DNA of 64,000 nt. Origin: a virus. Position 1 is the first letter of the stretch; each line of letters starts with the position of its first letter. A program made the translations under genes and the position numbers. Where the stretch lies: the IMG/VR virus record IMGVR_UViG_3300028374_000796, one strand, 5' to 3'. The notes below the pieces were generated by a model. That model searched no databases and was not told the origin of the DNA. It saw only the letters and a list, made by a program, of their open reading frames with translations. Positions 37,597-47,283 of this stretch are shown here, piece after piece.

Positions 37597-39039
37597 TCAA
37601 TTATCTTTAGGACTGGTCATAAAAAATTCTCCAATTCCCATTTCATCTGGTAATTCTTCTTCTGACTCCAAAGGAACATAGCGATCATCCCATTGATCAT
37701 AGGTTTCCCTAGTATATTCTGCTAATCGTTCTTCTGCGATTTGGGCATACTCAGGATTAAGTTCTACTCCCACGGAATCCCTACCTAATTTTAGGGACAC
37801 AAGTGCTGTGGTAGCTGCTCCCATAAAAGGATCGAGTACCGTACAAGGGACTATCTTGTGGTCTTCACAGGTACAGGTAGGTTCCCACCCTTTCTCTGTT
37901 CCTTTATAATTTTGGGAAGCAGAGTGCCCTTTTTTAAGTCGAGTGCCGTCATCGTTTTCGAGATCTATTTCTGAGGTTTCAAAACCGCCACCCTTGGTTT
38001 GAGGGGTAGGAACTCCTTTTTTACCAAGGATACCTTCAGGGTTTCCGGGATGATCCATTTGACGGACATAAGGTGCGCCGCATTGAGAACAACATCCTTT
38101 CTCAGAAGTTCCCGCTTTCACACAAGGTTCTACTAACGATTCAGGTGCCGTTGCGAAATGAGCACCCCTATAAGAACTTGTTCCTATACACCAAACGTTT
38201 CTTCGGTTCCGTCCCCCAGCTACAGGAGACATAGAGGGCATACTTACTCCATTTCCTGAATACGCCATATTTTCACTGTCCGCATAACTACCCACGTGTC
38301 CCATCTCTTTTCTTTCTTCCCAGGATCCCCTTCCGTCAATTGCAGTAGCGGGTGTTTCCCTAATAGCAACATGGTCGTAGAAATATTTTTCAGACTTGGT
38401 TAGGAGGAAAAGGGACTCCGAGGATGTAGTGCATCGATCCTGGACTGATTCCGGCATACAAGTACCAACATGTAAATTCATGTTGTCTAATGCTGCTCGG
38501 GCTTTTTCGGGAGAGATTCCTGCCATTCTCATGGCCTTCCAAGCTTCATCTTGAAAATCATCCTGACCACTTATACCCTTTGCCCATGTTATTTCTTGTC
38601 GGAGATACCAACCGTCTGCTTGTAATGCAAAAGCAGCGCGCCAGGGAATACCAATGAGATCTTTTGGTTTGATCACACTGTGCCCCCCTAAATTGGCAGA
38701 GGCGGATTCAAAATGATATTTGCTTTCATCATTTTTTCCACTTACATTTCCGTTATGAGACTTGACTGTCTTACGGTTTCCCCTTGAGTATGAGTCCCCT
38801 ATATTCAACCAAAGAGTTCCATCCCCTCTTAGAACTCTTCTTGCTTCTCTCATTACTTCTGTGAGTGCAGCAACAAATTCTTCGGGGCTTGGCTCCATAC
38901 CTATCTGAGCATCGTTTCCATAATTTCTAAGCCCAAAATACGGTGGGCTTGTCCAAATCATATGAACACTTTCATCTTCCAGAGTCTTTAACTGCTCTCG
39001 ACAATCCCCTACCAATATTTTCCAGTCTTTTTTTGTCAC
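37597..39039 (-). CDS. N4-C/N6-A DNA methyltransferase (beta-type motif order)
   Basis: TSPPYF, MPESVQDR, RNVW, HFATAP, VLDPFMGAATT, GVELNPEY. Confidence 0.93.
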   Translation of the reverse strand: MTKKDWKILVGDCREQLKTLEDESVHMIWTSPPYFGLRNYGNDAQIGMEPSPEEFVAALTEVMREARRVLRGDGTLWLNIGDSYSRGNRKTVKSHNGNVSGKNDESKYHFESASANLGGHSVIKPKDLIGIPWRAAFALQADGWYLRQEITWAKGISGQDDFQDEAWKAMRMAGISPEKARAALDNMNLHVGTCMPESVQDRCTTSSESLFLLTKSEKYFYDHVAIRETPATAIDGRGSWEERKEMGHVGSYADSENMAYSGNGVSMPSMSPVAGGRNRRNVWCIGTSSYRGAHFATAPESLVEPCVKAGTSEKGCCSQCGAPYVRQMDHPGNPEGILGKKGVPTPQTKGGGFETSEIDLENDDGTRLKKGHSASQNYKGTEKGWEPTCTCEDHKIVPCTVLDPFMGAATTALVSLKLGRDSVGVELNPEYAQIAEERLAEYTRETYDQWDDRYVPLESEEELPDEMGIGEFFMTSPKDN

Positions 39040-39050
39040 GATAATCTCTC

Positions 39051-39506
39051 TTAATCCTTTAAAGCGAAAACAGCATGTTTATGTCTCCAAACTTTATAGT
39101 TTGATCCGGTGAGTGTCTGGAGGTTTTTGACAGTGAATCCCTTTTGGAACGTTCCTGTTCTAGTTAAAATGCCATCATTGAAAGGAGTACCATTCCCTGT
39201 AGGGATATTTTTTGGATGTCTGACTGCAATTAATACCTTGGTTCCCAACTTATTGAGATCCGATATAACTTCTTCTCGTTCCTGAGGATCCTCTATGACG
39301 TTAAGAACATAAGAACAAAGGACCCAATCAAAGTGACCTTTAGGTCGATCTGGAAAGTAATGAGGATCATATCCTAGAACTTCCCAACCGCCCTCAGAAA
39401 AGGCTTCGATGTCTTTGCCATGTCCACAACCATAATCCAAAATAAAGGAAGGTTCTTCGTTCTCCATAAGCCATCGACAAGGCATTGAGGCATTGCTTCT
39501 ACGCAT
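39051..39506 (-). CDS. Small class I SAM-dependent methyltransferase
   Basis: LDYGCGHG, YDPHY, CSYVLNVI, DGILTRTGTFQK. Confidence 0.8.
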   Translation of the reverse strand: MRRSNASMPCRWLMENEEPSFILDYGCGHGKDIEAFSEGGWEVLGYDPHYFPDRPKGHFDWVLCSYVLNVIEDPQEREEVISDLNKLGTKVLIAVRHPKNIPTGNGTPFNDGILTRTGTFQKGFTVKNLQTLTGSNYKVWRHKHAVFALKD

Positions 39507-39531
39507 AGCAGTTTTGTATCAGGGAATAATA

Positions 39532-40512
39532 TCAGTCATTATCTAACATCGCGTCTTCGAGATACTTAATTGCTTTGCTCTGTACTTCACCTCTAAAAGA
39601 TGAAAGCGATCGGATGGTGGTAAAAATATCATCCTCATCCTCATCTTCTGCGCTAGCAGTTAAAGAGGAGATGAATTGGTCGATATCTCTTTTCTCATTT
39701 TCGAGACGGCGGTGTCTCTCTAGATCAAAAATGTTATCGCTATCTTCCACTTCATACTCAATAGCTTCAGTATTAATAGAGACAATTCCTTCCACATCTT
39801 TGCCTATCTCAATATATCCGAAACGTGGAATGCGAGTCAGGTTATCCTGTACCAAAGAACCCCGAGTCATTGACCCTAGATTCATAAAGGTAGTTCCCTG
39901 AACCTTCTGAATACCTTGGTCCACATGAAGGTGGCCAAATACAAATAAGTCTGGGCTGCATTCCGATAGGTCAAAATAGGAAAGGCTTTCTTCTGTGCCC
40001 GCAAATAGTAACTCTCCTTTGGGAGTTGCACTTGCATGAACACAGGCGATCAAAACATCCTCATCTCCCCTATCAACATCAAAATCCTTTGGTTCATAAT
40101 CGCTTCTATAGGGGAATCCCAGAACTCTCACTTTCAGATCCCCATCTTCAAAAAGGTGATCTGTCATCTGCGTAAAAATGCCTGCGGAGAAAAGAACCTG
40201 TAGAGGTTGCCTTTCCAAATAATTGATATTGTTATAGGGAAAATCATGGTTGCCGGGATTCTCATAGATCGGACAGTCATAAAACTGACGATGCAAATCA
40301 ATAACCCTTCTCACCATTTCATGCGAGTTCTTAGTAGCTGCTTTAGCATGGAAGAAATCACCATTGTCTAGAACAGCATCACAGCCCTTACTAGAGGCAA
40401 AGATCCCCACTTGCTTGAGCTTGTCTAGGCAAGTGGTTAAGTAATCGTCTACGCGGCTCTGAGGGGCTTTGTCATGGACATGACAGTCTGTACGCACTGT
40501 AAATTTAATCAT
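39532..40512 (-). CDS. sbcD: SbcD/Mre11 metallophosphoesterase nuclease
   Basis: DCH, GDFFH, GNHD, GHLH, GSMTR; adjacent to the SbcC N-half. Confidence 0.88.
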   Translation of the reverse strand: MIKFTVRTDCHVHDKAPQSRVDDYLTTCLDKLKQVGIFASSKGCDAVLDNGDFFHAKAATKNSHEMVRRVIDLHRQFYDCPIYENPGNHDFPYNNINYLERQPLQVLFSAGIFTQMTDHLFEDGDLKVRVLGFPYRSDYEPKDFDVDRGDEDVLIACVHASATPKGELLFAGTEESLSYFDLSECSPDLFVFGHLHVDQGIQKVQGTTFMNLGSMTRGSLVQDNLTRIPRFGYIEIGKDVEGIVSINTEAIEYEVEDSDNIFDLERHRRLENEKRDIDQFISSLTASAEDEDEDDIFTTIRSLSSFRGEVQSKAIKYLEDAMLDND

Positions 40513-41684
40513 TCCCCTACCTCAACTCCACAGACGGGACATTCTCCCGCGTCTACTAATATAGAATGTACTTCGTTGGCTACATCTTCTATATCCGAAT
40601 TCAACGTTTCAATTTCGGACTTTAATTGGGGTATCGAATCCAAACATCGCTGAGAATCTTCTAATAATTCTTCCAATTCTTGATATTCATCATAAAGCTC
40701 TTGAATATCATTAGGCTCTGGGATATCAATATCAACTAGGCCGTCATAAATAGCCACATCTTTTTGAGCAGAGGTAACATGACTTTGGAAAACCGTTAAC
40801 GTTCTTAGGAGGTTGATCAAATCAGCTTCATCGAAAGTTGGAATTTCAATATTGGAAAGACCCTCATATCTCTCCACAATCAAGGTCTGTTCTGACGATA
40901 TATCGTAAAAAGCTTCAAAAGCTTTGAGAGCAGAAAGGATACTGTCTCCATCCCATTTAGGAATAACTAATTCTTCTAATCCGGTAAGGGACGTTACAAT
41001 GAGATCAGCTTCATCTTTCTCTTCTTTAAGGGTATCTAGGTGACGAATGTCTTCTTTAAATTCGCCTATATCATGATGCTGTGTTTTTAATTCTTCTACT
41101 TGTCTCATATCGTCCTCTAACTCGTCATAATTCTTTAACTCTTCTTGCGTGGACGCCAGATCCTTTTCTCTTAGTCGTACTACTGAGTCCAGGTTCTTAC
41201 GGTCTTTCTGGCAATTTCGGAAAGCTACTTGAACCTCAGACAGACGCCCAATATCTGAAATAATCTCAGCTGCTTCGGATCCTGTAACTTTTGAAGGGTC
41301 CAAAAGAAAAATTGGATTAAACTGAGAAGCTACTTGAACACTGATCTTGGACCTACTAGATTCGATATCTCTAAACCCAGCTTCCCCAATATGTTCGGGT
41401 GATCCACGTCCAACATTTTCTAATTTTTCCCCATTAATTTCATAGTCGTTATGCCCTCCCCCTTTTTTCCAAAGGAGATCTATTTCAGGACATTGGATAT
41501 GAACTTCGGTATGGTGTTCATCTTTACGAACAAAGGAATCACCTTCCAGATTAGTAAGAGCGCCGTCTATGGCTCTAACAATTGCACTTTTCCCTATATT
41601 AGAACGCCCTACAATGGTAGTGAAACCCTTGATCTCTAAGTCTACTTCTTTGATACTTTGAAAATTTTTAATCTTTACTTTCAT
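40509..41684 (-). CDS. sbcC: SbcC/Rad50 N-terminal half ending at the zinc hook
   Basis: IKNFQSI, Walker A GRSNIGKS, a coiled coil, and terminal CPVCG; no signature motif or Walker B. Confidence 0.82.
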   Translation of the reverse strand: MKVKIKNFQSIKEVDLEIKGFTTIVGRSNIGKSAIVRAIDGALTNLEGDSFVRKDEHHTEVHIQCPEIDLLWKKGGGHNDYEINGEKLENVGRGSPEHIGEAGFRDIESSRSKISVQVASQFNPIFLLDPSKVTGSEAAEIISDIGRLSEVQVAFRNCQKDRKNLDSVVRLREKDLASTQEELKNYDELEDDMRQVEELKTQHHDIGEFKEDIRHLDTLKEEKDEADLIVTSLTGLEELVIPKWDGDSILSALKAFEAFYDISSEQTLIVERYEGLSNIEIPTFDEADLINLLRTLTVFQSHVTSAQKDVAIYDGLVDIDIPEPNDIQELYDEYQELEELLEDSQRCLDSIPQLKSEIETLNSDIEDVANEVHSILVDAGECPVCGVEVGE

Positions 41685-41712
41685 GATAGTGATCCCTCTT
41701 TTCTAATTACAT

Positions 41713-41747
41713 AAAAATCCCCCACACCCATAAAGGCATGGGGGATT
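41713..41747 (-). terminator. Rho-independent terminator after recA
   Basis: AATCCCCCATGCC-TTTAT-GGGTGTGGGGGATT-TTT. Confidence 0.75.
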
Positions 41748-41755
41748 TAAAAGAA

Positions 41756-44194
41756 TCACTCGTCCTGATCTTCATCGTCTCCCATATCATGTTCTTCTAC
41801 CATGATATCGTCATCGCTTACCTTACCCGCCTTCTTAAAACCTTTGGAGAAGGAAGCAACTTGCTTAACGATCTCCTGGAAATCATCGGGATTTTCCAAT
41901 AGATATTCACGAAGGTTTTCCTTACCTTGTTGCTTGACTTCTTCGCCTTGCGCGTTGGTGAACGTGTACCAAGCTCCACCTCTCTGTAGGACATTTCGAG
42001 AGTCTGCGATGTCAATAACAGAACGGACATTATCAATACCCTCTCCATAGCGGATTACGAACTCCCCACTATGTCCCTGATGCCGACTAACTTTGTTCTT
42101 GACATTCTTGGCACGAACAATATTGGAAATAGGCTGCTTGTCACTTTTACCTGTCATCTCATTTTCAACCTGAGAATATTCAGTTCTGCAACGTTTGACC
42201 ATCAGTCTCAGAGAAGCATAGTATTTGAGAGCACGCCCTCCACTAGTTTCTTCGTCAGGACCCGTATCATACATGGAAGTCTTGATTCTTGACCTCAACT
42301 GATTGATATAAATTAGAGCAGTTCCGCTTTCCTCAATCCCTTTTACAATCTTGGGAAGAAAGGAACTCTGGAGACGGGCAATGTGACCAAGCTGACCTGT
42401 AGAAGAAACGTCGTTATCTTCAATGTCTTTTTGGGGCTTCATAGCAGCCACAGAGTCAACGATAATTAAATCAACCCCACTCTCTGCCATCGCCTTGATG
42501 ATCTCGGCACCTTCCTCCCAGTGAAGAGGCTGGACCAATAGAAAGTTTTCACTTTGGATATCCAAACCCAAATCCGCAGCATAAGTAGGAGCGAAAGCGT
42601 GCTCATAATCTAGAAAACAAACAGACCCTCCTTCTTTCTGACATTGAATGGCAGTGTGAATGGCAACCGTGGTATTATGACTAATGAATCCATTGGACCA
42701 GAACGAGTGAGTTTCTGGAAGGCTCACGTCGAAAGTGGGAACATCTTCTTCGGTATCAATAGAGACAACAGGGGAAAAGAAATAGTCCTTATCCAAAAGA
42801 TCCTGCAACTGGCGCGCTACTCTCATCCCTTCTGGATTAGTTCGACCCTCTAAAACTTCCAATATAGAAGCTAGACGAGTTCGGGAAGGATTAGCTCTTC
42901 CTGACATATAGTCACCAAAGAGACGATTATCGCTTCTATTGGTTCCCTCAGTATGAGTATAAAGAGTTTTCAGAAGACCACTAATATTAGGTACGCCGTC
43001 AACATTGGAATTGAAAGGTCGATCACTAAAATTAGCAATAGACTCTTTTCGTTGTTCCGAAATGAATCCAATCTCTTCTGCATATCGAGAGGCATATTCT
43101 CCTGCCCAGGTCAATCTCCAATAGTCATTATCCGGGTAGTTTTTCACCTTCTTCTCACTGAGGACACTAAGGTATCCCATAGAAAGGAGAATCAATTGAA
43201 CTTGATCCAAAAGCTCTTTGCTAGCAGAAGTTACTTCGATAGCTCTCTTAGTAGAGTCAATATGGCATTCTAAGTCCACATAAGCTCTCAGAAACGCTTC
43301 CTGAACTTTGCGAGTACCTTGACGTACGCAAAAGGGAACTTCCTTTTCAGAAGCTACCACGTAGTCCAGACCATATTTGGTTGCTACCTTATCTCTAAGA
43401 GATGTAGAATTGATATGATGGTCAATTGTATCGGAATCAGATTTGGAATAGGAAAGGATCGGGGTAGAGGACCCAAATAGATTCTTAGTAATCTGATAAT
43501 AATCCGAAATAATGTCTTCGTCGCTATTGGAAAAACCAATGCGATCTTCAGAAGTAAGGGAACCGTCCGCTACCAAGTATCCCAACCAGCGAGATTCTTC
43601 TTCTGAGATTTCACATTTGGAAGGAAAATTTCCTTTGGACATTAGGACCAAAGCATCTCCTACTCTAATATCTTCTGCATTCTTCCAGACGATATTTCCT
43701 TCAGGGGACATAACTCTGAGAGGATGATTTCCAGTTACTCCAACTTTCATTCCCAGTTGGTTCTGGATGTCAAAGACTTTCTGTTCACCATTCCAGGTCA
43801 AATGAGAAGTGGATTCCATTTCGCCATTTTCATTTAGAAGACGAACTTCGTGTTCTTCGATCTTCTCAGTAGTTTCGATAGGCTTTCCGCATTTCTCGAA
43901 AAGTTCTTCGATAGTAAGCATTCCATATTCGGAATGAACGTAAGTGCCCGCACGGACGCATTTTCCCGAGCCTTCTGGGCCGAAGATCTCAGTGATCCTC
44001 CCCCTTGGGATTCCAGGACACCTCTTCTCACCGCCTTCGGTTCGATATCCACCAATAAGGTAATCTAACACAATAGAACCCGTAGGAATGCAAGGAATTG
44101 GCTCTGTGCCATCCCCCATTTCTACAACGGATTTTTTCATGTCAACAATTTTACTTTTCTTTAGGGATTTGAGAGCTTTTTGAAGATTGCTCAT
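41756..44194 (-). CDS. recA: RecA recombinase, intein-containing
   Basis: IPTGSIVLD, GRITEIFGPEGSGK|TT, IIVDSVAA, INQLRS, GGRALKYYAS, KNKV. Confidence 0.95.
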   Translation of the reverse strand: MSNLQKALKSLKKSKIVDMKKSVVEMGDGTEPIPCIPTGSIVLDYLIGGYRTEGGEKRCPGIPRGRITEIFGPEGSGKCVRAGTYVHSEYGMLTIEELFEKCGKPIETTEKIEEHEVRLLNENGEMESTSHLTWNGEQKVFDIQNQLGMKVGVTGNHPLRVMSPEGNIVWKNAEDIRVGDALVLMSKGNFPSKCEISEEESRWLGYLVADGSLTSEDRIGFSNSDEDIISDYYQITKNLFGSSTPILSYSKSDSDTIDHHINSTSLRDKVATKYGLDYVVASEKEVPFCVRQGTRKVQEAFLRAYVDLECHIDSTKRAIEVTSASKELLDQVQLILLSMGYLSVLSEKKVKNYPDNDYWRLTWAGEYASRYAEEIGFISEQRKESIANFSDRPFNSNVDGVPNISGLLKTLYTHTEGTNRSDNRLFGDYMSGRANPSRTRLASILEVLEGRTNPEGMRVARQLQDLLDKDYFFSPVVSIDTEEDVPTFDVSLPETHSFWSNGFISHNTTVAIHTAIQCQKEGGSVCFLDYEHAFAPTYAADLGLDIQSENFLLVQPLHWEEGAEIIKAMAESGVDLIIVDSVAAMKPQKDIEDNDVSSTGQLGHIARLQSSFLPKIVKGIEESGTALIYINQLRSRIKTSMYDTGPDEETSGGRALKYYASLRLMVKRCRTEYSQVENEMTGKSDKQPISNIVRAKNVKNKVSRHQGHSGEFVIRYGEGIDNVRSVIDIADSRNVLQRGGAWYTFTNAQGEEVKQQGKENLREYLLENPDDFQEIVKQVASFSKGFKKAGKVSDDDIMVEEHDMGDDEDQDE
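42674..43960 (-). mobile_element. Intein (429 aa) with LAGLIDADG endonuclease in the RecA P-loop
   Basis: Starts CVRAGT, has block B TGNHPL, motifs LGYLVADG and RAYVDLEC, and ends HSFWSNGFISHN followed by +1 Thr. Confidence 0.95.
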
Positions 44195-44287
44195 AATATT
44201 CCTCGTTTCGTTTTAGTTCTGTGATGGGTTCTTGACTTTTGCTGTCATTACCCTTAACGTATTAGACCTATCTAAATATGCCAATCT

Positions 44288-44953
44288 TTATTCATCATCT
44301 TTATCAGTATCATAAAGATAATCATATTTAGATGTGTCTAGTTGATAATGCTTGTCTCCTTCTTGATAGATAATTCCCACTTTATCTACCCTTCCGGTAT
44401 CCTGTTTAGTTACAGTCTTAGCAAACATGTGGTGTTCTCGGGGAGTCAAGTCTTCTTCTTCGATTTCTTCTAAAAGAAAGAGCCTAAATCTCCATGCAAG
44501 CCAACCAATAATAATAGCATCTGCAATATTATGGTTCATTCTAGTTTGAGCATCTAAAAGCATCTTAGCTGCATCTACCATATCGCTTTTGAACATTTTT
44601 CCGGAATCGTCTAAAATACCTCTAGCATACGATTTAATTCTTGTGGGAAGAAACGTTGCAAAAGGGATTCGATGATTAAAACAGATCTCAGAAAATGAGA
44701 TCCAAATAGGGTATAGACCTGCGGACCATGAAGCATTATGAGGAGGTATTTCAATCCCAACATAGTCGGGCTTGTATTTCTCTACTACTTCCTTTATTCC
44801 TTCTCTTAGCTTGGCATAGCGAACAACAAAAAACTCTTTGGACTTCGTTTTAATACGGCCAGAATCAATGAGACGATCCTCACCTTGTTTGGACATATCA
44901 AGTACCGCCCATCCAGTGTCCGTTAAACTTGGGTCTATCCCCATTACGATCAT
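44288..44953 (-). CDS. ruvC: RuvC-like Holliday junction resolvase
   Basis: MGIDPSLTDTGWAV, VGIE, HNIADA. Confidence 0.85.
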   Translation of the reverse strand: MIVMGIDPSLTDTGWAVLDMSKQGEDRLIDSGRIKTKSKEFFVVRYAKLREGIKEVVEKYKPDYVGIEIPPHNASWSAGLYPIWISFSEICFNHRIPFATFLPTRIKSYARGILDDSGKMFKSDMVDAAKMLLDAQTRMNHNIADAIIIGWLAWRFRLFLLEEIEEEDLTPREHHMFAKTVTKQDTGRVDKVGIIYQEGDKHYQLDTSKYDYLYDTDKDDE

Positions 44954-44964
44954 AAATCAGATCC

Positions 44965-45219
44965 TCATAACTTCCTGAAAGCTTTGCTAAACAGGTTAGG
45001 TTGGTTTCGGCGTTCCCACTCTTCCCTCATAAGGTCAACGACCTTGTGTGTAGGATGAAAGGGGAACTCTCTTTCCTCATAAGAATCTTCCAGTGCCGAA
45101 ACTGTCTGATTATATAGCTCTTTATCAGATATCGCAGCGAAGCGAAGCCTCTTATTGTACTCTTCTTTTAGATGATTAAGATGAGAAGGGTTGGTCGCGT
45201 TTAGTATCGTTTTGGGCAT
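44965..45219 (-). CDS. Hypothetical protein
   Basis: 84-aa ORF with a GAGG RBS. Confidence 0.6.
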   Translation of the reverse strand: MPKTILNATNPSHLNHLKEEYNKRLRFAAISDKELYNQTVSALEDSYEEREFPFHPTHKVVDLMREEWERRNQPNLFSKAFRKL

Positions 45220-45254
45220 AATAGTGGCCCCTCGTATTTGTTTTAGGATAAAAG

Positions 45255-45284
45255 AAAAAGGGGAACCCGGTGCGGGCTCCCCTT
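45255..45284 (-). terminator. Rho-independent terminator
   Basis: AAGGGGAGCCCG-CA-CCGGGTTCCCC-TTTTT. Confidence 0.75.
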
Positions 45285-45300
45285 AAGAGTAAACTTTAGC

Positions 45301-45969
45301 TTACTCAATTCCCGCCATCAGGTCGTCATAATCAACGTCTGAGGAGGCATCTGGGGCAGGTGAAACATCGTCCCCAAAGTGGTCCTTCAATTCGTCAATT
45401 GGAACTTCTCTCCCGATAGAGAGACGATCTTCCATCGCCTCGACAGTTTCGAGAATCTCCTGACGGAGTGTATCTCGTTGCTGCCAAATTGCTTCTTTTG
45501 GCGAAATTCGGAAAGTTAATTTCTGAAAGGTGTCATCCTCGCAGTCGACTTTCAGATCATATTTGGTAAGAGGGAAGTCCCCATGTAGATTTGCCATCTT
45601 ACGGTATTTATCTTCCCCGAAAGTCCATGGCTTAACATCGTACTCAAAAGGCTTAATAGGATTGCCTTGTCGATCCGTGCGATATTGCACGATAAAGGTT
45701 CCAATTTTTCTTTTGGGGGGTCCCAACTTAGATCGAAGGTAATCATTATCTAGGATATATCCTTTACCCTTAACATAATGAATCTCCTCTGCTACCATCT
45801 TTGGAGTATCCTCGTCACTCATTCTCAATTCGCCGGTTTGTTCATCCTTGTAAAACCAGCAAAACGAAATGAGGTCGGTTCTGTTACGCTCTCCTCGATA
45901 GTATTCAATGTCTCCACCAGACATAATCTTTTTGTCGTTTTTTCCAAATCCAATCAAATTGCTACTCAT
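45301..45969 (-). CDS. Probable single-stranded DNA-binding protein (gp32-like)
   Basis: Aromatic-rich core and an acidic tail DVDYDDLMAGIE; located in the replication module. Confidence 0.55.
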   Translation of the reverse strand: MSSNLIGFGKNDKKIMSGGDIEYYRGERNRTDLISFCWFYKDEQTGELRMSDEDTPKMVAEEIHYVKGKGYILDNDYLRSKLGPPKRKIGTFIVQYRTDRQGNPIKPFEYDVKPWTFGEDKYRKMANLHGDFPLTKYDLKVDCEDDTFQKLTFRISPKEAIWQQRDTLRQEILETVEAMEDRLSIGREVPIDELKDHFGDDVSPAPDASSDVDYDDLMAGIE

Positions 45970-46186
45970 GGTTCATCTCCACGAAATGTGACTTTGCTAG
46001 GTTAGGACGGGGCATAGTATGCAGGTCTTTACCATTGCTTATTCACTTGTTTTTTATTATCCTCTTTCGAGGCTGACCAACCTTTTGTTGGTCTATTATA
46101 GTAACTATCAACACTTAATTGATATTCACTTTTTATGACTTTTTTTACACTTTATTTTAGTGTCATGTTGGAAGTCACTTCAGGGA

Positions 46187-46450
46187 TCAGACTTCTTCTG
46201 TTTCCGCATCTTCTTCAGAATTTTGATCTTCTACGCAACATGCGAGTCGAAGATCAACATTTACGGGGTCTTGCTCTCCCTTAGAGATAGCAAGGACTTC
46301 GCCCCTGGCTGCGTGAGCAGCTTTCTTAACTGTCATAAGAGCTTTGCGTGCTCTAGTAGCAGAAACCTTCGTCTTAGCCGAGTAGGCGTCTCTAAGGTCG
46401 TCTGCTGCTTCTTCGAGTGCTTCGATCAATTGTTCCACTGATGTTGCCAT
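46187..46450 (-). CDS. Hc1-like (histone H1-like) small nucleoid protein
   Basis: KVSATRARKALMTVKKAAHAARGEV resembles the Hc1-family motif KxAxxRARKxxxxxKK. Confidence 0.55.
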   Translation of the reverse strand: MATSVEQLIEALEEAADDLRDAYSAKTKVSATRARKALMTVKKAAHAARGEVLAISKGEQDPVNVDLRLACCVEDQNSEEDAETEEV

Positions 46451-46569
46451 GGTATTACTCCTGTTGTTATTTTAACTTTTCATTATATGCTCTACACAGT
46501 TTCTATGTAAGCACTACCCGAACGATTCAATGACATTCGGATATTCCAAATAAACCTAAAAAACTGCTC

Positions 46570-47283
46570 TTAAATGCCGCTTAGTAGGTCTTCTACATCT
46601 ACTTCATCTTCAAATACGGCAGACGATTCCTTACTGGGATTAGCATCCATCCCTTCCAAAACCGTATCGAAATCCGTATCATCTTTTTCACCTTCGCCCC
46701 CAAACAATTCATCATAATCTTCGGGAACTTCGGAGTTCTCTTCTACGGGCAGCATGGTATCAAGATCAATATCTTCATCCTTCATGGGAGTTGAGGAATC
46801 TGATTGGTCTCCCCAATCTCCACCGATCTTAATCTCGTCCTCTACCAATCTAATTTGAAGTCTTACATCTCTGTTAATATCTTTCAGTTCTCTAAGTTTA
46901 GATTTAATGATCGTTTCTACATGTCCCAAATCCGTCAGGTTGGCATTACAATCATTAATCTCATCTTTGAGATCTTGAAGAAGATCGCCTACTTTGGCTT
47001 CTCGGTCTCTAACCGATGAAAGAGAAGTGACCTTAGTGTCATTAGACATTAAATCATTGGACTTCATTTCATACTCAGCTTCCAACTTTCCAAGTTGTCT
47101 TTCATATTTAAGCTGCTCCCGGCTTACTTCCCGCTCAAACTTCTGAATCGTATTTGTCATATTGCGAGTTTCTGCTACCATGTTGTTTAGAAATTTTGGA
47201 CCCCTTTGAATCGGGTCATAATCTAAATCAACATTGGATTCTTCAATTATTTCAAAAATATCTTCTATGCGTTTATCGTCCAC
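46570..47283 (-). CDS. Coiled-coil protein with an acidic tail
   Basis: 237 aa; tail DVEDLLSGI. Confidence 0.7.
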   Translation of the reverse strand: MDDKRIEDIFEIIEESNVDLDYDPIQRGPKFLNNMVAETRNMTNTIQKFEREVSREQLKYERQLGKLEAEYEMKSNDLMSNDTKVTSLSSVRDREAKVGDLLQDLKDEINDCNANLTDLGHVETIIKSKLRELKDINRDVRLQIRLVEDEIKIGGDWGDQSDSSTPMKDEDIDLDTMLPVEENSEVPEDYDELFGGEGEKDDTDFDTVLEGMDANPSKESSAVFEDEVDVEDLLSGI

